Source of the DNA: Lama glama
Lineage: Eukaryota
NCBI GenBank assembly: GCA_028534125.1
Contig: CM052817.1
Span: forward strand, 44,208,001-44,272,000
DNA length: 64,000 nucleotides
Direction: 5' to 3'
Shown here: one piece after another, positions 37,951 to 52,100 of the stretch
Layout: each line of letters opens with the position of its first letter
Numbering within the stretch: position 1 is the first letter of the stretch
Notes under the pieces: generated by a model
The model's input: the letters and a program-made list of their open reading frames with translations, nothing else
The model's database searches: none
What the model was told of the DNA's origin: nothing
Translations under genes and position numbers: made by a program

Positions 37951-38150
37951 AGATAAACAGCAAGGTCCTAATGTGCAACACAGGGAAATACACTCAACAC
38001 CTTGTAATAGCCTATAATGGAAAATAATATGGAAAGGAATACATGTATGTATAAATGAATCATTACACTGTACACCAGAAATTAGCGCAACATTGTAAAC
38101 CAACCATACTTCAATTTTTTTTAATTTAAAATTTAAAAATTTAAAAATAA
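37951..38150 (+). mobile_element. LINE-1 3' end fragment
   Basis: AGATAAACAGCAAGGTCCTA...CAACATTGTAAACCAACCATACTTCAAT plus an A/T-rich tail; same family as the 25605 and 46745 copies. Confidence 0.8.
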
Positions 38151-38226
38151 AAAGCCTTATGCAGGATAGCTTAGTCAATATTTTTAACAAGACTGATTTT
38201 CATGATCCTCCTGTGTGTTATGAAAT

Positions 38227-38398
38227 GAGTGATTTCTCTTTTTTTTTTAATTTCTTAAATTTAAAAAAGTTATTGAAGAGTAGCTGATTTACAATGTTAG
38301 TTTCAGGTATACATATATACACATATATATAGTTTCTTTTCATATTCTTTTCCATTATATGTTATTACAAGAAACTGAATACTGGAGAGTGATTTCTT
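38227..38398 (-). mobile_element. LINE-1 3' end fragment
   Basis: Poly(T), ATTGAAGAGTAGCTGATTTACAATGTT...CATATTCTTTTCCATTAT; flanked by the direct repeat gagtgatttct. Confidence 0.75.
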
Positions 38399-40099
38399 TT
38401 AATAATGCAAGACTCAGACTCCATTTCTAAATTACCATGATCACTACACAGGCAGAGAAATGTGACTCCCCAAATGCAGTGATTTTAATGGAAGTTTTAT
38501 GAATAATATGTCTAAGGGCCTTGCTAGCTCTACAATTCCGATTCCGTGAAATAAGATAACCACCACCCCCGCACTGCCTGGGTACCACGGCGGCAGCTGC
38601 AGGTTTGAGGTCAATGGGACAGGGAACAGATGCCCTGTCTATGAATAGTTCCCTTGAAACCTGCCAACAGTGAATATGAGACTCGAGAGTGGGCTCTTAT
38701 CCTTGAGCAGGATGGCATGGCCATCGCCAAGCGGCTTTGGGAGCAGGGCCCGTGGGCAGCAGCGCTGGGAGTTGGCTGGGCCTCCCAACGCCACCCCGCG
38801 GCCCTAATTCTACCACCTGCCCCTTCCTCTTCAGATACCTCAAAGGTTCAGACAGCAGGTATTTTTAGGGTGTTTACCACATCCGCCAAGACAGGGAGGA
38901 AGATTTGAAATGGGTCTGGGTTATATTTAGAACTCTTTCCATCACAGCTGTGCAGGGGCTGCTGTGTTGCAGGCGAGGAGAAACCACCATCCCAGCCTTC
39001 TCCTCTGATGCAGCGCCGACTGGAACAGTCAGCAAAAACATGAAAGGAGACAAGGCGAGGAAGAACCATCCTCCTCCATTCCCTTTCCTCTTTGCCATAA
39101 TAATTCTAATTTTTTTTTGGTGTGTCGGGGGCAGTGTGCAGGAAAGAGTGGTTTATTGCTGTGGATTCTGGACCGTTGTTGGGTTTTCAGATTCAGATAT
39201 CCACCCAGGAGCCAATCCTGGGAAAGAATCAGAGTTAGTGATTACAGCTCTCAGCCCAGAATCCACTGCTCAGCATCTCATATTCTCACCATTTCCAAAA
39301 CACGAGAAACCACCCACACACCCACTGAGTATTTTTATACCCCCTGGAAACCACACACAAAATGAAGGGTTATAAAACAGTTTGGTCTTAAAGTTTTGTT
39401 TTTTTAATTTAAGTTTATGTCTTCAGAGTCTCTGTCTTCTAACTTTGTCATATAAAATATGTACATTGTATAATGCCATTTTAAAATTCCATCATGTGAG
39501 CCTGTTTCTCTGCCTGGTATTAAAAACGACTCCTGAGGGCTACTGCCCACCAGTATGTGATGGGGAAATGGAAAATACGAGTTCCTCCTTTGGTTCATGA
39601 ACAGGCTTCAAAACTGAAAAGCACTGTAGGACAGACATGTGAGGGGAGGCTCTAACTCACCCACAGCAGCTGAAATGAATTCCTACACACCAGCATTTCA
39701 TGGTACCACACTTACGGCCTAATGCCTTAGCTGTCTCTATCCAAAGAATGTGGGCTATCTTCGGGGTCTACAGGCATGATCTCGGGGAATCTGATATCCT
39801 CATGTCTTTACCACTATGACACACCTAGAAATGACCCTCAGAATTTCATCTCTAGTACTGAACTCTGCCTGCAGTCCAGTTCTGAATTTCTACCAAAAGG
39901 GCGGTTCTCCTGGGTCGTCCTCTCTGTACCTCAAACTGGTCTTCACAAAACTGAAATCATAACCCTCCATCGCAAACTCACCCCAACTCCCAAGTTCCCT
40001 ATTTCTGTTAACAGTGCGTATCCGTGCTCAAGACCCACCTGCCTGCATCAGTCCCAAAATGTTATCAATGCCACATCCTCCTCCTCTTTGTTTGTAATA

Positions 40100-40330
40100 T
40101 TTTTTTAAATAGATTATTTTTTTAGAGCAGTTTCAGGTTTACAGTAGAGTTGAGCAGAAAATACAGAGTTCCCACATAGCACTCCGCACTCACAAAATAT
40201 ACTCCCCTACTCTCAATATCCCTTAACAGTGTGGTGTATTTGGTACAATCAATGAACCAACATGGACACATTATTATCAACCAAGTTCCATAGTTCACGT
40301 TAGGGTTCACTCTTGATGTTGTACGTCTGT
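40100..40330 (-). mobile_element. Old LINE-1 3' end (L1MC-like)
   Basis: TTTTTAGAGCAGTTTCAGGTTTACAG...CCATAGTTCACGTTAGGGTTCACTCTTG; reverse-complement relative of the 19935 copy. Confidence 0.75.
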
Positions 40331-40814
40331 ATTAATTTAACAGCTTTCCAACAGGTCTCCTTGCCTTGATCCCACTCCCTCTAACCCTTCCCCTCTCTGC
40401 CTTGCTGCCAAAGGGATCCTAGTACTCAAAAGCCCTGAACCCAAACTCCCTGGCCTGCCATCTCAGGGCCTTCGTGTGCTAAATTCAAATCTCTTTTCCT
40501 ATTGAATACCCTACTCCTCCCCAGTGCGCACCTTCCACTGCAGTTAAACAGAATTACTAACAGTTCCTGGGACAACCCCAGGGCTCTCCCCATCAGACTT
40601 GACTCATACTATTTCCTCTATCTGGAAGGGCCTTAGACCCAATGTGTACAAAGCCAAACATTCAAGATCCCACAGAAATTTTATCTCCAGCATTGTCTTT
40701 ATTATGAAATCTCAGGAATGTTTACTCGGGAAAATTTCAGGAAATACTCCCCTTATCAAAAGGAAAATAATGATTGGATAAAAGTGGCTCAAGCTATTTG
40801 GTATCCATGATCAT

Positions 40815-41065
40815 CATCAGAACAGCTAACATTTGTTGACCCATGTTCCAGAAAAGCCCTAAACATCAATGAACTAGTTAGTTCATCTTAACACTTCTGT
40901 GAGGTAATTACTATTGTTATTTGACCTTAACGGACAGTTGAGAAAACAGAGGCACAAGAAGTTCAGTAACTTGCGCAAGGTAACACAGCCAAAAAGACCT
41001 GTAATGAGAGCCTGAAATGTGAACCCAGGAGGTCAGGGTCCAGAGTCCAGAGTCCTCCCACTTAG
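40815..41065 (-). mobile_element. MIR SINE
   Basis: ACAGTTGAGAAAACAGAGGCACA...AGTAACTTGCGCAAGGTAACACAGC...GAACCCAGG. Confidence 0.65.
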
Positions 41066-42314
41066 TCACTGTTGTCACATGGTGATCTAAGTCCCCACGT
41101 AGCCCCAAACAGCACAAGGACTTTAGCTGCTTTTGAAATCCAATATATTAAAATAGAAAGGAAAAAAAATGTTCTCTAAAATCATAATTCTATGGCAACC
41201 ATAAGAGTGGAAGTTGAGAATTAGAATTGGCACAGTAGCCATAAATATATATTTTCACTGGTCCTGGCAATGCTGAGAGCAGACTTTGATTTTTGCATCT
41301 ATGGCACATGAAGTCAATAATAAAAGACTTGGTTTGGACCATTTTTGAGATGAAAGTGCCAACTTGGAGGCACTAAGTAATAACTATAAGACCGTAATTG
41401 ATTTAGTCCTCCACTTGCTAATCTACCTAGGGAGGGGTTGTACTCACATGGTTTCTATGCCCACTCCATCCTGAAATGGGTTATGACTAAATTCTATGGT
41501 ATAAAATAAAGCAACCAGTCTTTAACTTGACAATCTCATTTTTTCTCTTTTCAGATCGTCTTGACATGAACACAATTACTTATTTGTTCATTCAAAAAAA
41601 ACCTCATTGCTCAAAGCTCTAAGAGGGCAAAATACGTTATTTTGTTATTCATTGATAAACACTCTTCCTGCCCTTCAGAGATTTACAATGGAGCAGTAGA
41701 GGCAGGACATAAATAAATGTGATATTATTAAGGATAAAAGTGATTATAACCATCACTTTAACTCTGGGATGACAAAGGGGAAACAGGTAGCTTTTGGCTA
41801 CGGAAATTCAGAGGGCCTTCTTTTAGGAAGCCCTAAAATCTCTCCTAATCTACCAGGAAAACAAAAGTCTAGCTTGCAGGAGCCTTCCAGATAAATGCTA
41901 TCTATGCTCAAAGGGTCACTTTATCAGGAATGTGAACTCTGAAGATTATAATTAACACGTTTTTCAGAAGATGCCTAGCTGACTTCACTACTGAAGTAAT
42001 TATAAAACAAATGATAGAAGAATGTGTGCCAACACCTACATTCTGAGTGCTGCTTTAAAGTATGTTCCACAATTTCCAATCTTGATTAGCCAGAAGCAGG
42101 ACGGCAAAAGGCTTGGATATAGACAGCCATGGTTTTGAATCCCTACTTGTTTTAGTCTCTGTTGCTCCATCAGTAAAGATGGAGGACTTGGCAGGGTGGC
42201 TGGGAGGAACTAAGGAAATGGTACATGTGAGAGTGCCAGCATTGAAGAGGTCCTCAGCAAACTGGGGTTTCCTTTCCCTAAATTAGGTGGGAGGAAGAAA
42301 CAGATGTAATGTTA

Positions 42315-42588
42315 TTTCATTTATTTTTTAATTGAAGTATAGTCAATTTACAGTGTTGTATTAGTTTCTGGTGTACAGCATACTGATTCAGGTATACATA
42401 TATATTCCTTTTCATATTCTTTTTCATTCTAGTTTATTACAAGATAGTGAATGTATTTCCCTGTGCTATACAGTAGGACCTTGTTGTTTATCTATCTTAT
42501 ACATAGTAGTTAATATCTGCAAAACTCCCAATTTATCGCTCCCACCCCCTCTCTCTGCTGGTAACCATAATTTTTTTTTTTCTATGAG
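42315..42588 (-). mobile_element. LINE-1 3' end fragment
   Basis: TTTTTTAATTGAAGTATAGTCAATTTACAGTGTTG...CCCTGTGCTATACAGTAGGACCTTGTTGTTTATCT. Confidence 0.85.
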
Positions 42589-45500
42589 ACACTTTTAACT
42601 TTAAAATGAGGAGCTCTCCTATGGGTGCACTGGGAGAAGCTGCAGATGGGCAAAGCCCACCAACTAAGCAGGGAAGAAGCATCACTAACAGAGGAACAAA
42701 GTGGGAAAAAGAACTAGGCAAGAGAATGGGGACTCCAGTGTGAAGAAAATCCACCCTCAACAGGAAGCTCACTTACACAGCTTGGTGAGGGGGCAGGGCG
42801 GGGGCGGTCAGGGAGGCCACAGCGTCCCTTCCCGTTTGCAGGCAGTAACATCCTCCACAGCTGGAGACCATGAAGGGGCCCCCATCTTCACTCTTCCTTC
42901 TCTCTTAACCCAGTCTAGAGCCTCTTGAAATTAACAAACTGGATGTGCCCCGATGGATTCTATTCACCCATACTCAAGGTGATGACCCATTTCTTTCCTT
43001 TTAAAACCAAAGGCCTCAGTAGCCACGGTTAGTAGGTGGTCTACAGCTGCTGATCCTTATCAGTCAACGGAAGCAGGAGCGCGTGTTACCAAGGTGACAT
43101 GTTTTCCTCTACGCTGAAAACAGTTAGTTATTACCTTTAAAATTAGCTATTACAATTAAAATTTAAAAAGACTTTTCTCCTTTAATATTTAAATTATTAT
43201 CTTTAAAATTTAACAGATGACTTCTTTTATTACTAGAAAGCTAGAAATTACATTCTTCTCAAGGCCTCATTTTGTAGATAATGAATTATATTGATCCAAG
43301 GCATTTCATCTCTGGGCTTATGTTTCCTCATCTGTAAAATGAGATTTAACCAAATGACCTCTAAGCAAAGTCTCTGGTTCTAATGCTAATTCTAAGATTT
43401 CCTAAGTCTGGAAATCAGAGATGCATAAATCTAAATCGGTCATTTTGCCTAAGGAAAGTCAACACAGGGCAAAAACTTGGTAGTATTTTTTCTCGTCAGA
43501 TCAAGATGACTCAATTTTTACAGGATGCTTGCAAGGGAATTTCTGTCGCTTATCCTGGTTAACTCCAAATGTAATAGAAATCTTTGTGTGTACCTCTGTG
43601 TTTTCCACATGAACTTCACATTTTTGCTTGCTTAACTCTAATAATTTGACTTAGTTTTAAAGCAAAAGTTACTCACCCACTCCCTACAACTGTCCTGCTT
43701 AAAAACATTTTTTTTCCTTCAGCAATATCTGCAGTCTTCCAGCACTTTTTGAAAAGTGGGTTTATAGCCTCAAAACAAAATATAGAAAATAACTCTTCTG
43801 TGTAAGTTAATCATCTGTCTTCAAGAAGAAAAGCAAATCTTTATTCATGCTTTCCCTCACAGAACAAATATTTATTGAGTACAAACGTGTGAGATACAGT
43901 GTTGAATGCTAAGGAGATGATGACAGTGAGAAAACAAAGCATTAACTCATGGAACATACAGTCTAGTGGGACACAGATGTTAATCCAATAGTCACAGACG
44001 TATAATCATAATCTATCCAAAGTACAGGATGTGATGCAACCTTTACAACTCATGTGATGAACTAGTCTTTCTTCCAATGAATTCACCAGCTTACAGTGTG
44101 TAGAAACACGTGTTATTCTGCAGCATTTTTTGATATTAATTTAGTAGACAGCTCCTATATACAGCTGATGTGCAGGTTTTCTGTATTCAGATGAAAACAA
44201 AAAGTCTTTTGACCAGAATTGCCTGATGGGAGGAGGCAGAAATAATTAAGACTCAAGTCTTAAGAAAATGAATCTCCAATCTTAAATAGAGCTGAGAGGG
44301 AACCATGGGGCATACTCCCTCCCTTTACTCTCTTTTCCCATAAAGATGCCCACTTAGAGAAGAGAAGAGATACGTACCCCTTCATCGCCATAGATAGAAT
44401 CTTTTTTGAGGCTCTGTTTCGGTACTACAGATGCCATCCAGGTGGAGAGAGGCAAAGACTAGAACATCCTTTTTCTCATATGAAATCATTGACCGATCAC
44501 CAGCCACTTCCCAGTATTTGGAGAAATCCTGGCCTCACAAACTGTCCAAGAAGTAAGTTCTACCCAAGTATCCGATTGATCAGTTTTGTAAATACATACA
44601 CTTCTAGAGAGTACTGAACTGGTTTCATATTCTCTTTTAAAGAAAGGAAAGTTGGTGGGAAGATAGGAAACGCCCTTAGTTCTCATGCAGAAGGGAAAAC
44701 ACTGGAATGCAAAGTCTCAACCCAAACCACAACTATGAAGCCTGCACTGGGATGTTTTCAGGGCTCAGCAATGCTGGGGTCACTTCCATAACATAAAACG
44801 TCGGCGGCATCTCGTTACCAATGAGGAGCGCGTTCTTTAAGGATGACTTGGACAACATTTGCTCCCTGCTTGTCATCTATACCATGAAATCCCCAGAATG
44901 GAGCCAAGAAAGCCCTCAAGGAAATTGTCTCTCACAGCAGCAGAAGAGAGAGAGTCAGGAAGGAGAGGGGATTGTGAGGAGGAAAACCATATGAGGAAAG
45001 AACTTGCAGCCCAGCTGGAAGCTAGGATTGAGGGGGAAAAAAAAAAAAAAGCAGCCAGGGGCCAGTCCCCAAGCCACAGAGCTGAAGATGTCAGCTCTGA
45101 CTATCAAACCCAGGGAGCCATCCCTGACACAGCACCAACTAACCAGAAAAGATCTTGGTTACTAAATACCCAGTAACTGCCCCAATATCAATGCCATCTT
45201 TAAGCAACTCTATCTGAGAGACTCCCAGTGGAGGAACAAATTTTGCTTTTCCAGATCCTTGCAGAAATAATATGGTATAGGGGTTTTCCTTGGGGACAGT
45301 AGAATTATAGGGAATTTTTACTTTCTAATAGTTATGTTTCTATAATATCTGAATTATTACCAAAAAAAAAACCCCTCACACTTTTATAACAGAAAAGAAG
45401 AAATTTTAAAAATCAGGAAATGCAAGTAACAATAATAATAAATAATAAATAAATACTAAAAAATTTTCATTGCAACTAATGGGTAGGTTATAAGATAAAA

Positions 45501-46449
45501 TAAATGAGTAGCTATTTTTTCTAAAAACAGAACCAAGTCATGTAGAAAGTGATGAGAATAAGCAAAAAAGCAGAATGGTGCAGTGGAAGGCATTTGACAC
45601 CTGAGGTCAGGGGACTCGGGACAACTCTGCCACTGTTTAGCTCTTTAGTGTGATCTGGGGTAAGTCGTTTAACTTCTCAGCCTCAGTTTTGTCAGCTTTA
45701 AAATAAACTAGCTCACCAAGCTGTGGCAAGAATTAATATAATCCTCCCCATCCTCTCAGATCTTTTGACAAACACTTTTCTTGGACAACTTCATCCCTGC
45801 CCACGTGGTTAGTGACCAACCACAGGCTAACAAATTCCAAGTCATGACCAGCAGCCCTGTCTCCCTCCTGTGCATCCAATGCCCAGGCACCTCTAAGCCA
45901 ACCTCTTTTGAGTGGAAAGCACTCTATCCCTCATTCTCAATTCAAATCTGCCCTTCCTCCTATTTATTATGTCAAATGGCGGCAACATTCACTTCAAGGA
46001 ATCAGAGGCCCCGAGAATAATATCAATTCGTAAGCATGCCAAAAATCTGCATAAATTTATAGGCCTCTACCCTCTTGCAGAAGAAAAAAGTCTACTGTTT
46101 CATCATCTTAAACCCTCGCTCTCCTCCAAAGTGGACAGCGAAGATTCCTGAAGCTGTCAGTCTCAGGTTAGATTTTCTCCTCTGCACCCGGACGTAATAA
46201 CCACCCATCACCCCTTTTTGGGCCGAACCTTTCCCACCCACCCCTCTTAGCTGACATAAGTGCACCACCAGCTGATTTCCATTTCTGAGCCTGCAGACCC
46301 ATGACTTGGACGACCCTCTTTTCCTAACACCACCCCCACCAGACCTCACCCCACTTTGTATCTAGTGCGATGTTTCACAGAAATCGTATTTTCCAACCTC
46401 CTCATTCTCAGATAAGGGGGCAGGTACAGCGGCTGGTTGGTCTTCCCTA

Positions 46450-46700
46450 CACACACGGCCAGGCGGAGAGAGGCGGAGCCTCGGCGAGCTCCCGGGGCGA
46501 GCCAGGCGCCGGGCGCCCTGCCCTCCGTCCTCCTGGGCCGGCCGGGGACAAGAACGGGCAGGGTAGCGGGTGAAGCCTGGGCGAGAGGCCTGGGGACAGC
46601 GTGCTTCCGCTCTTCCTCCACCCGGGCTCCTGTTCCTCTGGCTTCTCCACGCCCCCCTCACAGAGAACAGCCAGGATCCTGCTCCTCTGTCTGTGGTGAG
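46450..46700. promoter_or_regulatory. Small intronic CpG-island-like segment
   Basis: Very GC- and CpG-rich stretch (e.g. GGCGGAGAGAGGCGGAGCCTCGGCGAGCTCCCGGGGCGAGCCAGGCGCCGGGCGCC) in an otherwise AT-rich intron; function is inferred. Confidence 0.5.
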
Positions 46701-46744
46701 TGTCACCCTTGCCCCATTCGACATCAGATTTCTCACACAGCAGT

Positions 46745-47072
46745 TAGGTGGAATGTAAAAAAAATGACACAAACCAACTTATTTACGAAACAGAAACGGA
46801 CTCACAGACACAGAAAACAAACTTATGGCTACGGGGCGGGGCGGAGGGATAAATTTAGGAGTTTGGGAGTAGCAAATACAAACTACTATGTACAGAACAG
46901 ATAGACAACAAGGTCCTACTGTATAGCACAGGGCACTACAGTCAGTATCTTGTAAGAATCTATAATGAAAAAGAATACGAAGAAGGTATATATATGTGTG
47001 TATGACTGAATCACTATGCTGTTCATCACAGACCAACACTGTAAATCGACTACGCTTCAATTAAAAAAAAAA
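46745..47072 (+). mobile_element. LINE-1 3' end fragment
   Basis: GTGGAATGTAAAAAAAATGACACAAA...ACAACAAGGTCCTACTGTATAGCACAGGG...CTTCAATT followed by poly(A). Confidence 0.85.
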
Positions 47073-48604
47073 GTCTCCAAAAATGGATATAAGAAGTGAA
47101 CAGAGCCCATGCTGCTCACAACCCTGGATCCTCAGGAGGGGAGGGGAGGGCCGGGAAGCGGGAGGTACTGGCTTATTAGTAAAACAGACTTGCAGCAAAG
47201 AGCTACCAAGTGTGACAATCCAAAACCTGTAAAAAGTGGCAGCACGTTTTTTCTTACAGTCAGAATGTTTTCTTTTTTCTGAAAGCCTGTGTAAATTCTG
47301 AAAGGTTAAATCTAACTGGATGCCAAGAACCAACAGCAACAACAAAGAAGACATTTTCTTAAGTTTCCAAAGACCAGTCTTTCTGTTTGAGTCAAAGTGA
47401 TGAACGCCTGTAAGGGCTTAACGTTGCAAAGTGCTGATCAGCAGAAAGTCTCATGTTTGGGAATGACAAGGCCCACGTGTGCATTCCAGGGACTCTTACA
47501 AATTTTGCAGGGCTCAGAGGAAGACGGGGGTGGGAGGGAAGCAATGTGACAAATAGGCAAGAGGTATTTAGAAAGGCACGATCCGATTAGAAACAGATGC
47601 TACAGCTGTTCCCTCATACCACTCTATAGACATCACGGAGAGAGAAAAGCCCTTCGCTCAGCAAGCACCAAGGAGAGTTAATGAGAAAACCATGGCGGAG
47701 AGTCACTAATCATTTCAAAACCCTCTGCTTTCCAAGGGGATCCCAAATAACCCAATGTCATCCCCAACCTATCACCTTTCTTGCAGAGGAGGAACCCACC
47801 CGAGTTCTCACCGTTGCTGGTCTGGGTCATTTTTGTCCTTTCTGCCCTGCCTTTACAGGATGGTAGACCTTCCAGACAAGCTTTCTCAAAACAGTGATGA
47901 ACAGGAGGTCAAAGACAATCAAGGGCCCACAGCAGTTAGAAGCCTTGTCCTCGACTGTTTTACGGTTCCACACATTTCCACTCTTCATGTTCACACATCA
48001 GTTCCTCAGTACTTCCTAGCTGAGAAATCCTATGGCAGAGCTCATGTATCTCTGTTCCCTGAAGGCATTCATCAGCAAAGAATGAAATATGGAGGGGACA
48101 CTTCCTGCCCTATGCCACCATGTCTGTCACCGGATATAAATTAGCCACTTCCTTTTTGAAAGATATCATTTATTTCTGTCCCCTTCTGAAAATGGAAGGA
48201 GCTTTCAGTTACTGTCATGACCATGTAATGGCAGTCTCTGAGAAAGAAGAAAAAAAATCCAGCCCAGCTCTATGGCAGTCACAAGCAAGGGCACCAGGGA
48301 CTTCTCCTCCTAAAGCATCTCCAGCTCCTCAGCCAGGCTGATCTAGAACACCTCTGAGTGCAGGGATATATTTCTAGTGCCAGGAAATTGAGGAATGATA
48401 CCCAAAATGACCAAAGACACGGCAAATACATTCTTATGAAATGAACATGCAAATGAACATTTGATATCACTCTGTAAATATTACTAAACATCCTGACCAA
48501 AATTCTCAGCGATCTTCCTGCGATAACAGTTGCACTGCATCTTCACCTCGGCGCTGGATCAGACATGACCAGGATGGAACAGAGGTTGTCCACATACAGG
48601 TAGG

Positions 48605-49196
48605 GCACGTCTTGGGTCCCTACTGCCCTGCGACAGACGACCACAGACTTGGTGGCTGGAAACAACACTTATTCATTAGTTCTTGTTTCTGCAAGTCAGA
48701 AGTCTGGGCAGGGCATGGCTGGGTTCTCGGCTCAGGGTATCACAAGGCTGAAGAAGTCAAGGTGCTAGCCAGGCTCAGAAGCTCTGGAGGAAATTCCACT
48801 TCCAAGTTCGCTCAGGATGTTGGCAGAATTTAGTTCCTTGCACCATAGGAGTGAGGTCCTTCTCTCCTTGCTGTCAACCGGGGGCTGTGCTCAGCTCCAA
48901 AATGTTCCCCACAGTTACTCGCCACATGGCCACCTCATCTTCAAAGGCAGCAACAGAAAATCCCTCATGTCCCTCTCATATCTCAAATCTCCTTCAGAAA
49001 GAGTCCAGTCCCTTGTAAGGGACTGACTGAGTCACATCCCCCCAGGATAATCTTCACATCTTACAGTCAACTGTGCCATAAGACAACCTAGTCATAGGTG
49101 TGACTATCTCATCATAATTACTAGTCCTGGGGCAGCACAGAGCATGTGTACCAGGGGGCTGGGTCGGCGGGGTCACCTAGGATTCTGCTAACCACA
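48605..49196 (-). mobile_element. ERVL-MaLR solo LTR (MLT1E-like)
   Basis: CCACAGACTTGGTGGCT...CTCAGGGTATCACAAGGCTGAA...TTGGCAGAATTTAGTTCCTTG...ATTCTGCTAACCACA. Confidence 0.75.
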
Positions 49197-52100
49197 CGCG
49201 TGTTATAATATTCCTCTGTTCTCCTGGGTGGCTTTAGGATAGACTAAAATAATGAATATTAGCATTTCCCTAACTCAAAACAAAACACAACTAAGTCTCT
49301 GGGGAGGAGGAAGGGGCAGAAATTAGTAAAAATACAGTAAACTAGATCTCTATCAGTTTACCAAGGCATTTCCACACTCTTTTACACCAAACATGGTAAG
49401 CAGCTAACAATGAACTAGCTGGAGGGTCACTTTGCCTTCAGAGGAAATCTTCCAACAACCAAAGTCAACTTTGCAAACACTTAGGTGACTGTCACACGCA
49501 AGAATTCTAGGAAATGCAAAAGCTTCTTAAGGAACTTACGCATTAATAGGGAGAAAAGTTACTGGAAGAAAACAACTGCAAAGTGTCTGATGATGAAATA
49601 TAGTACAAAGGTTATCAGGGTGAGACAATGGAGAATAACATGGACCACAGCAAAAAAGGGAAGGTTTTCTCAGAGGGGGCCAGATCTGATCCAGCTCATG
49701 ATAAGGTGAAACAGATCTGCATAGCTGCAGAGAAGGGATGGAGATGAGAGGAGAGAAAGAAAGAAGCAGAGTCTATCGAGGGAGACAGCAGGAAAAGAAA
49801 GAGGTCCAAAGGGCATGGAAATCAATGAACTAGAGAAACTGAAGAATAACTCAGAGTAGAGGATCTAAGAGCCGAAATAAAACTCATTCACATTTCAATT
49901 TACTGGACATATCCCTTAAAGTGACGCACTGCAAAGGCACATATAAGCAACGCATAACTAAACACGTGCCCAGGATCTGTCACTAGCTGTCCCAGTGTTG
50001 CATGAGGGAAGCCATCTAGGGACAATCACTGGTGGTCACATCATGAAAGATTTTTCTGCTTCCTACAGCCCAGGGCACTTAGGAAGAGATCTTCCCACTG
50101 GAACAGCAGCCCAGGGGATCTTGGGAATAGAATTTCCTTCTAGCCAAGGTTTTAACCCAGATTACCAGCCTGGGCAACCATCCAAATGGTAAGCTATTGG
50201 ATGCAAATGCCCTTCAGAGCATTAAAAAAAAAGGGGGGGGAGTGTATCTTGCAAAGAACCTAATAGATTGACTCCAATATTTATGGCTACAATTTCTGCT
50301 ATTCTAATCAAACTAAGGCTTTCTTATTCCTTCCTGACTCTGTTCTCCTTCTCAAAAACATAGGACCAATTAACCCCTAAAACAATAAAATATTCCCACT
50401 AGCAGAACATACAGCTTTCTGCCTTATAGAAGGTTAACTGCACATCACAGAAGCATCTGCCCTGCTCTCAGAGAAAGCTGGGCTAGGGATTTTCTCACAC
50501 ATACTGACGTGCTTAGGAAAGCAGACCCAAGAGGCTCTATTATAATTTTCCTCTCCTCCCCAAAATTTCCCATTGTTGGATGATTTTAGATGCTGGCTTT
50601 CTTGTCTTGATCAGCTAATGCAAAACATATCTTCTTTTCACATGCTGTTACAGAAGAATGTTCCCACAGTCCCCTCCACCACCTCCACTGTCTCTTAAAG
50701 AGGCATTTTTATTATCATTATCATCATGTTATTTCTGAAGAATCAGGTAGAACCCAAGTAGGATTCTGGGAAACCCCTACTACATACAACAGTCTATTAC
50801 CAAATCCTATCAGTTTTCAAAAAGAGATGATAAAATATATGCAACCGTAGAGGTTCCATTTTCATGTGTGTTGTTCCCACAAACCACAAAGGGGACGGGT
50901 CAGCAGCCCAGACCTCTCACTGAGATGGGGTCCTGTCCCAGCTCAATGCTCCTAGATTAATAGATTAAGAGCTATGAGATATGTGAATGGGAGTATGTTT
51001 CTGACAGTCTTTGATAGGATGATTACAGGGTAGCATTAAACTGAAATCGAAACTTGAAAGATTATAGCTTGGCAAGAGATCCTTGCTATAATTCATACAT
51101 TCTCTAGGAAGGAGAAACAGAAAGTTAAATGAGACCCAGGGTGAAAGAAAGAACAGAATTAGAAGTCTTAGGCACTGATCCAAGGAGCTGCCATTAAACC
51201 CTTCCAAAGCCTCAATGGTTCATTAGAATAATTATTATTCACGTAGTGAAAATGAAAGGCAGGCAGGGAAAAATAAGTGATAACTACACTGGCAAAAACA
51301 AGAAGAGTAACTTTGGCCATTTGGATTTGAGAAGGATCCAAGCCTCAAATCCCTCCCACATAGCGAGGGTCAGACCATATATCTTACTGTAATCATGGCT
51401 ACACAGAGTTAAACCCCTTTTGCCACAATTGCACCAACTGTACATTCTTAGGTTGGTTATTACCAGGAGTGGGTTTTGTGCACTGTGGCAGCTGAAACCA
51501 CCAGTGTAAGGAAATCAGGCTTGGCAGCTATCCCCCAGGATTCCTCCTCAGTCCAACTTCCTGCCCATTCTTTAGACCAGATATTAATAATTCGGAAGAC
51601 AGTGTGACAGCCATAAGGCATCTGGCTGCTCGCATGCCCAAATACTCAAGGGACAATCACTATAAAATCAGCTATATCTGGACAGAGGAATTCATGAAGC
51701 TTCATGGAATCGAGATGGAAAAGTAGATTGATATCTTTTTAAAGTATCAATTCAAAGTTGCCTAGAATACCTGAATAACGAAGGTTAAAATATTTAGAGT
51801 CGGGAAAAGAGGAAACAGGCTCTACCACTTTTTTAGCCAGGGGTCTAACAGTTCCCTTGATCGATCAACCAAAAAGCAACAATTGAACATTTACGTAAAG
51901 ACTACAGTGTTAAGTACAGTTTAGTAAACATGAACACACTCCGAGGCCACCATACGTGGTCTCCCCTTCCAGCTTTTCAGTCAATACTAGTTTACTGAGC
52001 ACTTTTGTGTCACCCACCACACCCGGACCTTTAGAACATCTGCCTATTTAATCCTCATAAACTCTGTGAAGTAGATTTTTTTGGCTCTGTTTTATAGATG

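Noticed and set aside
46346..46621. ORF beginning MEEERKH, superficially like an alternative SEPT11 N-terminus
   Set aside because: The start codon is GTG and the remainder is GC-rich, repeat-overlapping sequence; no support as coding.
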